Source of the DNA: a virus
Lineage: Duplodnaviria; Heunggongvirae; Uroviricota; Caudoviricetes
Length of the DNA stretch: 43,613 nucleotides
Strand: one strand, 5' to 3'
Virus record (IMG/VR): IMGVR_UViG_2654587728_000013
Span: 1 to 43,613 of that record
Every line of letters starts with the position of its first letter. Within the stretch, counting starts at the first letter, position 1. The translations under genes and the position numbers were made by a program. Below the pieces are notes generated by a model. It made no database searches and had not been told where the DNA came from. It saw only the letters and a list, made by a program, of their open reading frames with translations. Positions 1 through 8,313 of this stretch are shown here, one piece after another.

Positions 1-255
1 TTATTTCTCCGTATTCTTATCGATTAGCCGCATCATGCGTCTGAGCATTTTTTTGTATCGATCTGGTTCATCGAACTCAATAGAGAATCCTGGATCGCAA
101 AGTCCGCCATGTTCGTAATATGGTTTCTCAATCGGATATTTAGCCAATATTTTTGCATGCGCCTCCGCTCTTACCGCTGCCCTGCGCGTCAAAAAATGTC
201 GACCGCGAGAAGGAGAAAACCAGACTTTTTTCATTTGCATGGTCACCGTGCTCAT
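1..255 (-). CDS. hypothetical early protein (last gene of early-left operon)
   Basis: ORF 1..276(-); stop TAA at window position 1-3; start uncertain (ATG candidates at 276/255/240); follows coupled upstream gene. Confidence 0.4.
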   Translation of the reverse strand: MSTVTMQMKKVWFSPSRGRHFLTRRAAVRAEAHAKILAKYPIEKPYYEHGGLCDPGFSIEFDEPDRYKKMLRRMMRLIDKNTEK

Positions 256-428
256 ACTGTTCGTTCCTTCCCGCAAATATTAGATGTTGATGGCGCAGAG
301 TTATTAAGTGCCGCTGTTAGCATCTCAACATCACCGCGTAACCGGTTAATTTCATCGTCGCGCTGAACAATCACAGCGCGCTGCTCTTCCAGTTGGCGGA
401 TTAACTCCGCCTCATTGAACATGGTCAT
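252..428 (-). CDS. small hypothetical protein
   Basis: ORF frame 252..506(-); start MTMFNEAEL overlaps methyltransferase stop as ATGA (translational coupling). Confidence 0.4.
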   Translation of the reverse strand: MTMFNEAELIRQLEEQRAVIVQRDDEINRLRGDVEMLTAALNNSAPSTSNICGKERTV

Positions 429-1018
429 GCTGCCTCCGTCCTTACAACCGGAACAGAGCAGCCTGGTAGCAACTGCACCGACGGGCCTTCGCACTGATTG
501 CCCCATACGTCGAAACCATGTGACGACTGGCGGGCGAATAGCTCAATGCGCGGAACATCGCCCAGCAACTGCACCAGTTTTTCGCGGATGATGTCAGGCT
601 TGCGCGAGTTTTCCATGCGCGGCGCCGTGACGTGCTGGCAGATTGACGCATCCATGCGGGCCGGTAGTTTCCCACGCACCGCAAACAGGCAGTCTTCGCT
701 GTTCGCCCTTGTCATGTGGCCCATGCCGATCGCGCTGTTACCTTTGTGCTTATTCGTCTTGTGCCAGGTGAATCCCTTCATGGTCATCAGCTTGAAGCCC
801 CACGATTCGACCACTTTCAACGCCTCAACCGGCTGAGTAGGAACCCACCACATTGCCAGTAGGCAATCGTCGGCGGCAAGATCCCACACTGGCAGGCGGC
901 AGATATCCAGCACGTTCATCACCGGGTATTTAAACCCTGCTCCGCGCTCGCCGTCGGCTGCTTTGTCGCGGTATGTCCAGGGTGGATCTGCGTAGATAAG
1001 AGTGTATTTACCGGTCAT
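425..1018 (-). CDS. DNA N6-adenine methyltransferase, MT-A70 family (orphan phage methylase)
   Basis: 197 aa; motif IYADPPWTY (DPPW catalytic motif) near N-terminus. Confidence 0.85.
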   Translation of the reverse strand: MTGKYTLIYADPPWTYRDKAADGERGAGFKYPVMNVLDICRLPVWDLAADDCLLAMWWVPTQPVEALKVVESWGFKLMTMKGFTWHKTNKHKGNSAIGMGHMTRANSEDCLFAVRGKLPARMDASICQHVTAPRMENSRKPDIIREKLVQLLGDVPRIELFARQSSHGFDVWGNQCEGPSVQLLPGCSVPVVRTEAA

Positions 1019-1179
1019 TCTGCACCGCCTTTCACGAAAATGTTCATCAGCTCAGCAATGCGCTGAGCCTTTAATGGGTTTTTGATAACCTTTCTGCCTG
1101 GCACAATCCATCCGCAACGAAGAGCTGAATAAACCAGCGTGATGCTACCTACGCGGATATTGTCGTGAGGGTTAGTCAT
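1015..1179 (-). CDS. small hypothetical protein
   Basis: ORF 1015..1254(-); start trimmed to MTNPHDN to avoid overlap with upstream gene; stop overlaps methylase start. Confidence 0.3.
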   Translation of the reverse strand: MTNPHDNIRVGSITLVYSALRCGWIVPGRKVIKNPLKAQRIAELMNIFVKGGAE

Positions 1180-1471
1180 ACACCACCCCACGACATCCGA
1201 TCCCTGCATATTCGCCTCGGCGCAGGCCGTTACCTCTCGATATGCACTGATCACGGCGTATCGCTATTCTGGCGCGTTCAACCTCACCGACTGCTGCATC
1301 CATGCACAGCAACCAAAGCCTGGCTGCAATGCGGAACTGGCCTTTCGATTCTCGCTCAACAGCGCGCTTTTCTACCTCCATCGCCGCAGGAGTTACGGCG
1401 ACAACCTTTGAAGCCTGACGCTGAGACACATAGTTCAGGTGATACTTTTCAAGACGGGTTAATTTGCTCAT
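1172..1471 (-). CDS. hypothetical protein
   Basis: ORF 1172..1555(-); likely start MSKLTRLEKY at 1471. Confidence 0.45.
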   Translation of the reverse strand: MSKLTRLEKYHLNYVSQRQASKVVAVTPAAMEVEKRAVERESKGQFRIAARLWLLCMDAAVGEVERARIAIRRDQCISRGNGLRRGEYAGIGCRGVVYD

Positions 1472-1580
1472 CGGATCCAGCCTTCTCTGAAAATTACCGC
1501 CAGCAGATACAGCCAGGCGGAAACGGCGGTCAGGAATAAGTACCATCCTGACCATTTTTCCCAGTGCCTGATCAGCGCTG

Positions 1581-1832
1581 TCATGCGGCGTTACTTACTG
1601 GGCGGTAAACACGCTGATCAACCGGCGGCTTTTTTCCGGTGAACTCTGCCGGGCTGGTGGCCTGACGCTCATCAAGCCAGTTTTCAACCTCTTCAGCATT
1701 CCATGCACAACGTTTATCAGTGATCCAGAAGCGCTGCGGGAACTCGCCATTGCGCTCCATGCGGTCAATGGTGCTCATCGATACCGGCACCACTGCCATC
1801 AGTTCCTTTTTGCCAAATGCTCTTTTCATCAT
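1581..1832 (-). CDS. AlpA-family HTH transcriptional regulator / excisionase-like
   Basis: 83 aa; KELMAVVPVSMSTIDRMERNGEFPQ...AWNAEEVENWLDER matches AlpA/Xis-type HTH pattern; RBS AGAGAGG upstream. Confidence 0.7.
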   Translation of the reverse strand: MMKRAFGKKELMAVVPVSMSTIDRMERNGEFPQRFWITDKRCAWNAEEVENWLDERQATSPAEFTGKKPPVDQRVYRPVSNAA

Positions 1833-1875
1833 TACCTCTCTTGCATTTGCGACGCGCGCGGCGCCGCAGTGGTGG

Positions 1876-2757
1876 TTACATCGGTACTTCGTTCAGTTCG
1901 TCGCAGCGAATGGTGTAAACGTCAGTTGCTTTTGCCAGCAGGTCATCATCACCAGCCAGTTTCTGGGCAACGTATTTGTATGCTTTGTCCAGGTCAGCCT
2001 GGGTGTTGTAGTTCATCGCCGCGCCGGAAAATGCGTGCAAAATCTCTTCAGGACCGCGATCGTCTTTATGCTGCTGACGCTCTTCCTGCTTCTGCTCTGG
2101 TTTTGAGTTGATCAGGCTGTTCATGCCATGAGCCGTTGCCGCAGATGGCGTGATGTCGCGCTCAACACGCGGTGTTGTCTCCTGCAATTCGTCAGGGGTG
2201 TATACTCCGAGCAGAACATCAGGTGCATGCAGACGAGCCCAACGCTTAACGCACAGGTAAGCAAGCTGCTGTCGTGGATCCTGTTCCCACAGCGGAGAGT
2301 TACGGACACCTGCCTGAGCCATGCTGATGGTAAGCTCGCGCGGCTCTGCTTCGCCTTTCAGTACTGCCGATACTGTTACGGTCAGTGATGGTGATTTGTC
2401 GCTCTTGCCATTCACCTTTGACCAGTCACCATCCCAGCGGTAATTCAGGCGAGTTGAAAGCAGGTTTGAAGAAGACACGACGGCGTTAACCAGTTGTGCT
2501 TCATAGCCAAGAGTTCCGTTTACAACGTGCGTCTTCTGCGCAACAGCGAACGGGTTCATGCCCCATTGCGCCGCCTGCATGGTAACTGCCAGACAATCAG
2601 CAGGCTTTCCTGCCAGGTGCTGAGGAACGGTTGCTTTACTGTCTGCCATCAGGGTTGCGAAACGTACCAGGCGGTCCATACCCTCAGGACTGAATATTGC
2701 AGCCGCTGTCCCTACGGTAGCGCCTGGCTGTGATGTGATTGCGATATCGTTGCTCAT
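1876..2757 (-). CDS. recT: RecT-family single-strand annealing recombinase
   Basis: DRLVRFATLMADSKATVPQHLAGKPADCLAV...QWGMNPFAVAQKTHVVNGTLGYEAQL is characteristic of RecT; start MSNDIA overlaps upstream stop (ATGA). Confidence 0.85.
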   Translation of the reverse strand: MSNDIAITSQPGATVGTAAAIFSPEGMDRLVRFATLMADSKATVPQHLAGKPADCLAVTMQAAQWGMNPFAVAQKTHVVNGTLGYEAQLVNAVVSSSNLLSTRLNYRWDGDWSKVNGKSDKSPSLTVTVSAVLKGEAEPRELTISMAQAGVRNSPLWEQDPRQQLAYLCVKRWARLHAPDVLLGVYTPDELQETTPRVERDITPSAATAHGMNSLINSKPEQKQEERQQHKDDRGPEEILHAFSGAAMNYNTQADLDKAYKYVAQKLAGDDDLLAKATDVYTIRCDELNEVPM

Positions 2758-3575
2758 ACGTACATATCCTGTTTTCGTGCCCATTCAGGGCGTTTAATAA
2801 TTTCCACGCCGCCCCATTCATCGCTGATGCGGCATTCGTGATAGGTGTTCAGATCCCGGCGGAATAACTGATGCCCGGCGTCAACATCTGGCGCATCCAG
2901 CTCGAACACGCGGACAGGGTATCGACCGCAGTCGATGGTTTCGCTCACAGCCAGGAAGAAGAATCCGTGTGGCTGCCCGGTTACTTTCAGTGCGCCTTCG
3001 CGGTACATGGCGTCCTGGACGTGGTAGCGGAATTCCTCGATGTGACGGGCAAAGCGATCCATGTCTGCAACTTTTTTCACATCTACGATCACGTTGTGCT
3101 CATTCAGCCATTTATCTGGACGGATTCGGCACAGTTCGCCAGTCTCTTCGTCATTCCAGTACATCGACGCTTCATAGTGACCTGGTGCTTCCAGCATCCA
3201 CCTCGCCGCAGGGTGGGCCATTGCGCTGTCGCGCATCAGTTTCAGTTTCCGGCCCTGCTCGGCATCCATCACCGTCATACCCATGTCGGCAACGTCTTTC
3301 AGGAATGCTTCTTCGTCTGCTTTTCCCTGATTTGTGCGTCGGTTGAACTGTGGCGCCACGATGAAACGCTTATCGAATTCCTTCGGCTCCAGCAGCAGGC
3401 AGTGCAGAGCAGTACCCATGTCCAGTGCCGATTTTTTCTCTTCATCTTCCGGCGCTGCCTTGACCCATTTCAGAAGGGCAGGGTTCTTGGCCACCATATC
3501 CAGTTGTGACTTACTCACGCCGTCACCGGCGTGGTAGTCCTCGTTGCTGATGTCGAAATAGATACCGGTATTCAT
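2754..3575 (-). CDS. PD-(D/E)XK exonuclease (RecE/YqaJ-like partner of RecT)
   Basis: 273 aa; IVDVKK...EEFRYHVQ nuclease-like motifs; immediately upstream of and coupled to recT. Confidence 0.7.
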   Translation of the reverse strand: MNTGIYFDISNEDYHAGDGVSKSQLDMVAKNPALLKWVKAAPEDEEKKSALDMGTALHCLLLEPKEFDKRFIVAPQFNRRTNQGKADEEAFLKDVADMGMTVMDAEQGRKLKLMRDSAMAHPAARWMLEAPGHYEASMYWNDEETGELCRIRPDKWLNEHNVIVDVKKVADMDRFARHIEEFRYHVQDAMYREGALKVTGQPHGFFFLAVSETIDCGRYPVRVFELDAPDVDAGHQLFRRDLNTYHECRISDEWGGVEIIKRPEWARKQDMYV

Positions 3576-3874
3576 GCCGCATTCCTTTTGCTGTCGATCT
3601 GGTCAGCCAGGTCAAGACGGGCGATGACGCCAGTTAATTCACGTTTGAACGACGACATAAGCTCTTCGAAATCATCGCTTTCAAATGCCGCTTCCAGAAC
3701 TTCATAACGAACACCGGCACGGAGAATTGCCCGCTTGAATGACTCTTCCATTTCGCAACCAGCAACTGCTTCGATCAGCTCAACGTGGCGGTCGTACAGT
3801 TCAGATGACAGCTGGTAGTCATTGCTGAACTGAGTTGCTATTTTTTTCAGGTTATTGAATTGCTGAATGTGCAT
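3572..3874 (-). CDS. hypothetical protein
   Basis: ORF 3572..4003(-) trimmed to MHIQQFNNL start with GAGGTGG RBS; avoids overlap with upstream gene. Confidence 0.45.
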   Translation of the reverse strand: MHIQQFNNLKKIATQFSNDYQLSSELYDRHVELIEAVAGCEMEESFKRAILRAGVRYEVLEAAFESDDFEELMSSFKRELTGVIARLDLADQIDSKRNAA

Positions 3875-3881
3875 AGCCACC

Positions 3882-4874
3882 TCAGTAGTTGATGGTTGTT
3901 GCTGGAACTTTCCCGCGAGCGATGGCGACAACACATGCTTTCGCCCAGTCATCAGGAATACCCTGTTCAATGAGCGCCTGAACCGCAGCAGCATTAATGG
4001 CACGACGGTGCTCTACATCAGCAGCGCGTGCTGCCGCTTCATCAGCGATGCGCTTCTCTTCCGCCAGACGGGCTACTTCTTTCGCTTCAGCTTCACGCTT
4101 GATGCGATCGGCTTCTTCCTGCGCTTTGCGTTGCTCAACTGCGATAGCTTCCTGTTTTTCGCGCTCGGCACGATCTGCGGCTTCCTTCTTCTCTGCTTCA
4201 GCTTTTTGCTCTGTGGCAATGCGGTTACGCTCTGCTTGCTCTGCCTTGAGCTTTAATTCAGCCTCACGACGGGCAGATTCAGCGCGTTCACGCTCTATTT
4301 TCTCTTCAGCTTCACGCCTGGCCTTTTCTTCCGCCTGGCGCTTCAACTCTTCTTCATGAGCAATGCGCTGGCGCTCTGCTTCTTCTGCTTTCGCCTTCGC
4401 TTCTCGGTCGAATGCGTCGTTCATCAGCAGGGCCATCTCGTGATCCGCTTCGAACTTGGCAGCCCGCTCCTGATCGAACTTGATGTTCATCTCCAGTGCT
4501 TCGGCGTGCAGCACATTCATGGCTTCTTCAGCCTTGATGCGTTCCTGCTCGGCCTCCCATTCGGTAAGTGGGCGGCGAACCTCATCGCGCATCTCATCGC
4601 AAGCTGATACAAATCGACGCAGTTCAGCCTCAGCAGGTTTGACGGCTTCTTTCAGATGACGAAGGTAATCTCGACCAGGCTTTTCAACTGCTGTTTTACT
4701 GCGAGAAACCTGTGCTGCCAGAGATGCAATGCGGGCACGACCTTTGGCAGTGCTCAGGTCCGGAACTTCGTTAACGCTTTCGCGGATCTGTTCGAGGAAC
4801 TTTTCCAGACCGTTTTCTACGTAAATGCTTGGCGCCATATCTGGCGCAATTTCGATAATTGCTAATTCGCTCAC
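3882..4874 (-). CDS. highly charged coiled-coil protein (Glu/Arg/Ala/Lys-rich), function unknown
   Basis: 330 aa; ~200-aa central E/R/A/K heptad-like low-complexity region; GTG start with GGGGGTGAG RBS. Confidence 0.6.
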   Translation of the reverse strand: MSELAIIEIAPDMAPSIYVENGLEKFLEQIRESVNEVPDLSTAKGRARIASLAAQVSRSKTAVEKPGRDYLRHLKEAVKPAEAELRRFVSACDEMRDEVRRPLTEWEAEQERIKAEEAMNVLHAEALEMNIKFDQERAAKFEADHEMALLMNDAFDREAKAKAEEAERQRIAHEEELKRQAEEKARREAEEKIERERAESARREAELKLKAEQAERNRIATEQKAEAEKKEAADRAEREKQEAIAVEQRKAQEEADRIKREAEAKEVARLAEEKRIADEAAARAADVEHRRAINAAAVQALIEQGIPDDWAKACVVAIARGKVPATTINY

Positions 4875-5020
4875 TTACTCACCCCCATATCCATTTCCGT
4901 TTTTACCGCCAGCTTGCTGACGAATACCCAGTTCATTGCTTCACCCAGCGTGCGGAACTTCCAGCTCATCAGCCCGCAAGCTGTAACGCAGTACCAACCA
5001 TTGATGACTTTCCACTGCAT
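4871..5020 (-). CDS. small hypothetical protein, first gene of early-left operon
   Basis: Short version of ORF 4871..5152(-); start chosen at MQWKV (RBS AGAGAGG) because two perfect operator sites lie inside the longer ORF. Confidence 0.3.
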   Translation of the reverse strand: MQWKVINGWYCVTACGLMSWKFRTLGEAMNWVFVSKLAVKTEMDMGVSK

Positions 5021-5032
5021 ACGAACCTCTCT

Positions 5033-5188
5033 ATTACCATTTTGGTAATACCTGGAGATGCAGGAAAACCACGAAGTGGTGGTTTCTGCCTGAGCGATGC
5101 GCTCATGTATTACCTTTTGGGTAATAATCAGATCAAAAAGTGATTGTGTCAATAGGTATGACGAGAAAAAAATTACCGTTTTGGTAAT
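5033..5188. promoter_or_regulatory. OL-like operator triplet: ATTACC-N5-GGTAAT at 5033..5049, 5109..5125, 5172..5188
   Basis: Three perfect 17-bp palindromes spaced 76 and 63 bp; minus-strand TTGACA (5147-5152) 17 bp from GATTAT overlapping site 2. Confidence 0.6.
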
Positions 5189-5245
5189 TGCGTGAGGCGC
5201 GAGCTTACCGCCATCGGGCAGGTAAAGCGTCAGAATGGCGGGGGA

Positions 5246-5842
5246 TTACTTGCTTTTGTTCTGCTCAAACACGAAGTTAATGAATGAGGTGATCTTGTTT
5301 TTCTCTTCCTGAGGCAGAGCTGCATACAACCTGTGGTCGTAGTCGATAACACCAGGAGCGCCGACGGGAATAATCATCTCGTATGCTTCATGCCCGAACG
5401 CGCGCGCCAGGGAGGAAAGAACGCCGATAGTTGTGCTGACTTCCGCTTTCATAATCCGGTTAACTGTGGCCGGGCCAATACCAGCTGCTACAGCAACTTT
5501 CTTTTCTGATGTCATTTCCGTGTTCTTTCTCATCCAGGCATTGAGCGTGGCTGCAGCCTGCTTCTCTACAGTCCATTCGCCATCATCAGTGGCCGGAATA
5601 AAGATATCAGCCTGTACCGCGTCCAGTTCGTGATCGACATCAAGCCAGAACTTTTCTTTGCGCGCTGCTTCCTCAATGATACGCGCTGCATTTGGTCCGA
5701 TGTTTTTGATGCCAGTGCACCACCTGTTGACCAGGTTCTGCGAACGCTTCACACGTTCGGCAAAGCGCAACTGGGTATCATCGAAATCCCGGCGAATGAT
5801 TTCGTTAAGGTTTTTGCGTCTTATGTCATAAATACTTTTCAT
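5246..5842 (-). CDS. prophage repressor, tandem XRE-type HTH, no LexA-like peptidase domain
   Basis: 198 aa; two HTH-like segments (QLRFAERVKRSQNLVNRW... and EKKVAVAAGIGPATVNRIMKAE...); flanked by operator triplets; divergent from Cro-like gene. Confidence 0.6.
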   Translation of the reverse strand: MKSIYDIRRKNLNEIIRRDFDDTQLRFAERVKRSQNLVNRWCTGIKNIGPNAARIIEEAARKEKFWLDVDHELDAVQADIFIPATDDGEWTVEKQAAATLNAWMRKNTEMTSEKKVAVAAGIGPATVNRIMKAEVSTTIGVLSSLARAFGHEAYEMIIPVGAPGVIDYDHRLYAALPQEEKNKITSFINFVFEQNKSK

Positions 5843-5895
5843 AGCTATTGTATTTGTCCATTTAATGTTACCTAACTGACTAAATTTAAATGAAT

Positions 5896-5959
5896 ATTAC
5901 CATAAAGGTAAAGTTACCATAACGGTAATAATCATTGATTTTTTCACCAGAAAGGTAAT
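5896..5959. promoter_or_regulatory. OR-like operator triplet: 5896..5912, 5913..5929 (TTACC-N5-GGTAA) and 5943..5959 (TCACC variant)
   Basis: Divergent intergenic region between repressor and Cro-like gene; plus-strand TTGATT (5935-5940) then TAATAA/ATAATT about 17 bp downstream overlapping third site. Confidence 0.6.
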
Positions 5960-5997
5960 AATTCAGATATGAATAGACAGGCTGAGATAAGCAAAAT

Positions 5998-6231
5998 ATG
6001 AGTGACGAAAAAAAATTTGATTTCAAAAAGCACTGGCTGGGACTGTCTCCTGATGAGCGTGAAGCATTTGCAGATGAAGCCGGAACCACCAGTCATTACA
6101 TCCAGACTCACCTGACCGGGCGCCGCAAGATGCCGGGTAAGCGACTGATGGACGGGCTGTTTAAAGCATGTCGCTCCCGCGAATGGACAAAGTCTAAACC
6201 TGAATTAGTGCTCTTCTTCTACGACCGATAA
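5998..6231 (+). CDS. Cro-like HTH regulator
   Basis: 77 aa; first rightward gene divergent from repressor; HTH-like segment AGTTSHYIQTHLTGRRKMPGKRLMDGL. Confidence 0.5.
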   Translation: MSDEKKFDFKKHWLGLSPDEREAFADEAGTTSHYIQTHLTGRRKMPGKRLMDGLFKACRSREWTKSKPELVLFFYDR

Positions 6232-6379
6232 CCCTCCCTGAACCCATCAATGCCGTCATTACCTGGCGGCTCCTTCCTGCATAAAACACCTTTTCGGTAA
6301 TAAAAAACCATATACGGTTGATCTTTTTTTCTTCCTGCATCAAAATCATCGTAATAGTAAACGTTAATGAGGTTGTGCA

Positions 6380-6580
6380 ATGGAGATTATTACTCGCCTT
6401 GACGCTGCAAAGGCAGGTCTTAAGCGTTATTACACCGGAAAACAGTGTAAGCATGGTCATGACAGTGAGCGCTACGTTTACAACGGGCACTGCGTTACAT
6501 GCGCCATCAACACGAGCCTGCGCCGCCAGGCAGAAATAAAGCAGCTCATGGCCGAAGCCAGCCTGCAACACTCAAGCTGA
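6380..6580 (+). CDS. small zinc-binding protein, possible CII-position regulator
   Basis: 66 aa; Cys/His cluster CKHGHDSERYVYNGHCVTC; position between cro-like and replication genes. Confidence 0.35.
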   Translation: MEIITRLDAAKAGLKRYYTGKQCKHGHDSERYVYNGHCVTCAINTSLRRQAEIKQLMAEASLQHSS

Positions 6581-6595
6581 CGACAGGTATTTACC

Positions 6596-7414
6596 ATGAG
6601 CAGATACGCAACAGAGTGGGCATGGAAAACAAATCCGGGCAGCTCATCACTGAAACTCATCCTGCTCTCGATGGCTGATCGAGCCGATGAATACAACCTG
6701 TGCTATCCAAGCATCGAACGCCTGGTTACCGACACAAGCCTGAATAAAAAAACAGTTCAGGCTGGTCTTATTTCGCTCATCGGAATGGGGCTAATTTCAG
6801 ATACAGGAGAAAGAAAAGGGGCAACAAGAAGGGTCCGGGTTTTCTCTTTAAACATACCCAAAAACGGTAATGTTACCAATATTGGGAATATACCCAAAAA
6901 CGGGAAGTTGAATGATCCCAAAAACGGGAAGTTGAATGATCCCAAAAACGGGAAGTTGAATGATCCCAAAAACGGGAAGTTGAATGATCCCAAAAACGGG
7001 ATGCAGAACCTATCAGTTAACCAGTCATATAACCAAGAGAAGGAGAGGGGCGATAAAACTGGGGGTTTAGTGCCTCAGAGGACTGACGCTAACAACGCCG
7101 TGATTAACAACTTTGTCCCTCCTGGTGGACTGGGGCAATTCGGGAAATTTGTCATGCATGAGCACTGGTCACCATCGGATGATTTCCTCCGGGTGTCTTC
7201 ATTGCAGGGCATTAACCTGGATTGCCAGCCAACGCCACAGGAGCTTGCAGAGTTCAGGGTTTACTGGATGGCCGAGGGTAAGGCTTTCCACCATGCGCAA
7301 TGGGAGCAAAAACTTGCCAGACGTCTGCAGATCAGCAGACAGAACAAACTTACCTCACCTGAAAACAACGTACCGCACTGGAACAGTCCAGAGGCGTGGG
7401 AGGATTTCCTGTGA
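6596..7414 (+). CDS. replication initiation protein (lambda O-like) containing the origin iterons
   Basis: 272 aa; N-terminal HTH-like domain; internal PKNGKLND x4 repeats encoded by DNA iterons; followed by P-like gene. Confidence 0.75.
   Translation: MSRYATEWAWKTNPGSSSLKLILLSMADRADEYNLCYPSIERLVTDTSLNKKTVQAGLISLIGMGLISDTGERKGATRRVRVFSLNIPKNGNVTNIGNIPKNGKLNDPKNGKLNDPKNGKLNDPKNGKLNDPKNGMQNLSVNQSYNQEKERGDKTGGLVPQRTDANNAVINNFVPPGGLGQFGKFVMHEHWSPSDDFLRVSSLQGINLDCQPTPQELAEFRVYWMAEGKAFHHAQWEQKLARRLQISRQNKLTSPENNVPHWNSPEAWEDFL
6857..7000 (+). repeat. origin-like iteron array: 4 perfect 24-bp direct repeats (6893..6988) plus flanking partial copies
   Basis: CCCAAAAACGGGAAGTTGAATGAT x4, with CCCAAAAACGG partials at 6857 and 6989; lies inside the O-like gene as in lambda ori. 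Confidence 0.75.
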
Positions 7415-8196
7415 ATAACGTATTTACCGCCATCCAGAACCGAGACGGTGAGGCTATGGCCAGCTTAACCGGTTCAGACCGTCAATATGCAGGCAGCGAC
7501 AACGTTGTGAACATCACGGCAGAGCGCCTTGTAGATGCCCTGTTTAAACAGCTTAAGCAGCTATTCCCGGCAGCTGAGCAGACCAACCTGAAGACTCCGG
7601 CGCAGGAGACAGCAGCAAAGCAACAGTGGATCGCTGCATTCGCCGAAGGTGGCATCCGTACCCGTGAGCAGGTATCGGCAGGGATGCGACATGCCCGTGC
7701 CAGTGAATCACCGTTCTGGCCTTCACCTGGGCAATTCATCAAGTGGTGCAAAGACAGCAAGATGGTTCTGGGGATCAGCATTGATGACGTGATGGGGGAG
7801 TTTCACCGTTACGCCAAAGAGAAAAGCCTCCAGCCTGGTGGGCCCGAGAGATTCCCGTGGCGTCACCCGGTCATGTACTGGATTGTGTGTGATACCCGGA
7901 GGGCGATGTATCAGCGCCAGCTGAGTGAGGCTGAAGTTGAGAAGCATGCTCGCAAGCTGCTGGATGAATGGTCGGCAAAAGTGGCATCCGGTCACCAGAT
8001 TCCAGATCCGATACTCAGCATACAAGCCAAGCCAGAGCCAATGAGCACACCACAGACAGGCTCAGGTAACGCCTACCATCCACCAGGGCGAAGTTTCGGA
8101 TGCATGCCGAACGCAGCCACCCTGGGAGGGATAACGCCTGCACAGTGGCTCATGGAGGAATGCAGGCGAGGGAAGGCAGCAGGACTCATCAAGTAA
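7411..8196 (+). CDS. replication protein P-like helicase loader
   Basis: Recalled lambda P similarity (QQWIAAFAEGGIRTREQVSAGMRHAR...PSPGQFIKWCKD); GTG start at 7411 overlaps O-like stop (GTGA); ORF track start 7396. Confidence 0.75.
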   Translation: MNNVFTAIQNRDGEAMASLTGSDRQYAGSDNVVNITAERLVDALFKQLKQLFPAAEQTNLKTPAQETAAKQQWIAAFAEGGIRTREQVSAGMRHARASESPFWPSPGQFIKWCKDSKMVLGISIDDVMGEFHRYAKEKSLQPGGPERFPWRHPVMYWIVCDTRRAMYQRQLSEAEVEKHARKLLDEWSAKVASGHQIPDPILSIQAKPEPMSTPQTGSGNAYHPPGRSFGCMPNAATLGGITPAQWLMEECRRGKAAGLIK

Positions 8197-8232
8197 TACC
8201 AGCGCAGTAGCGCATTTTTTTACATCCAATGA

Positions 8233-8249
8233 ATTACCAAAAGGGTAAT
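8233..8249. promoter_or_regulatory. operator copy ATTACC-AAAAG-GGTAAT
   Basis: Perfect TTACC-N5-GGTAA in intergenic region upstream of resolvase gene. Confidence 0.5.
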
Positions 8250-8294
8250 AAAATATGCGCATTGCTATTGAAATTAACCCATTTGTGGTTTTAA

Positions 8295-8311
8295 ATTACC
8301 TGAGAGGTAAA
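8295..8311. promoter_or_regulatory. operator copy ATTACC-TGAGA-GGTAAA overlapping RBS of resolvase gene
   Basis: Perfect TTACC-N5-GGTAA ending 3 bp before ATG at 8314. Confidence 0.5.
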
Positions 8312-8313
8312 TC

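Noticed and set aside
3997-4359. 120-aa Ser/Ala/Arg-rich plus-strand ORF
   Set aside because: Antisense shadow of the low-complexity coiled-coil gene 3882..4874.
4871-5152. Full-length 93-aa version of the first early-left ORF
   Set aside because: Would place two perfect operator palindromes and the putative promoter inside the coding sequence; shorter start at 5020 preferred, though unverified.
6893-6988. CRISPR array
   Set aside because: The only regular tandem repeats are 24-bp contiguous iterons with no spacers, inside a coding sequence; no cas genes.
6757-6993. 78-aa minus-strand ORF with FNFPFLGS repeats
   Set aside because: Artefact of translating the iteron array on the opposite strand of the O-like gene.
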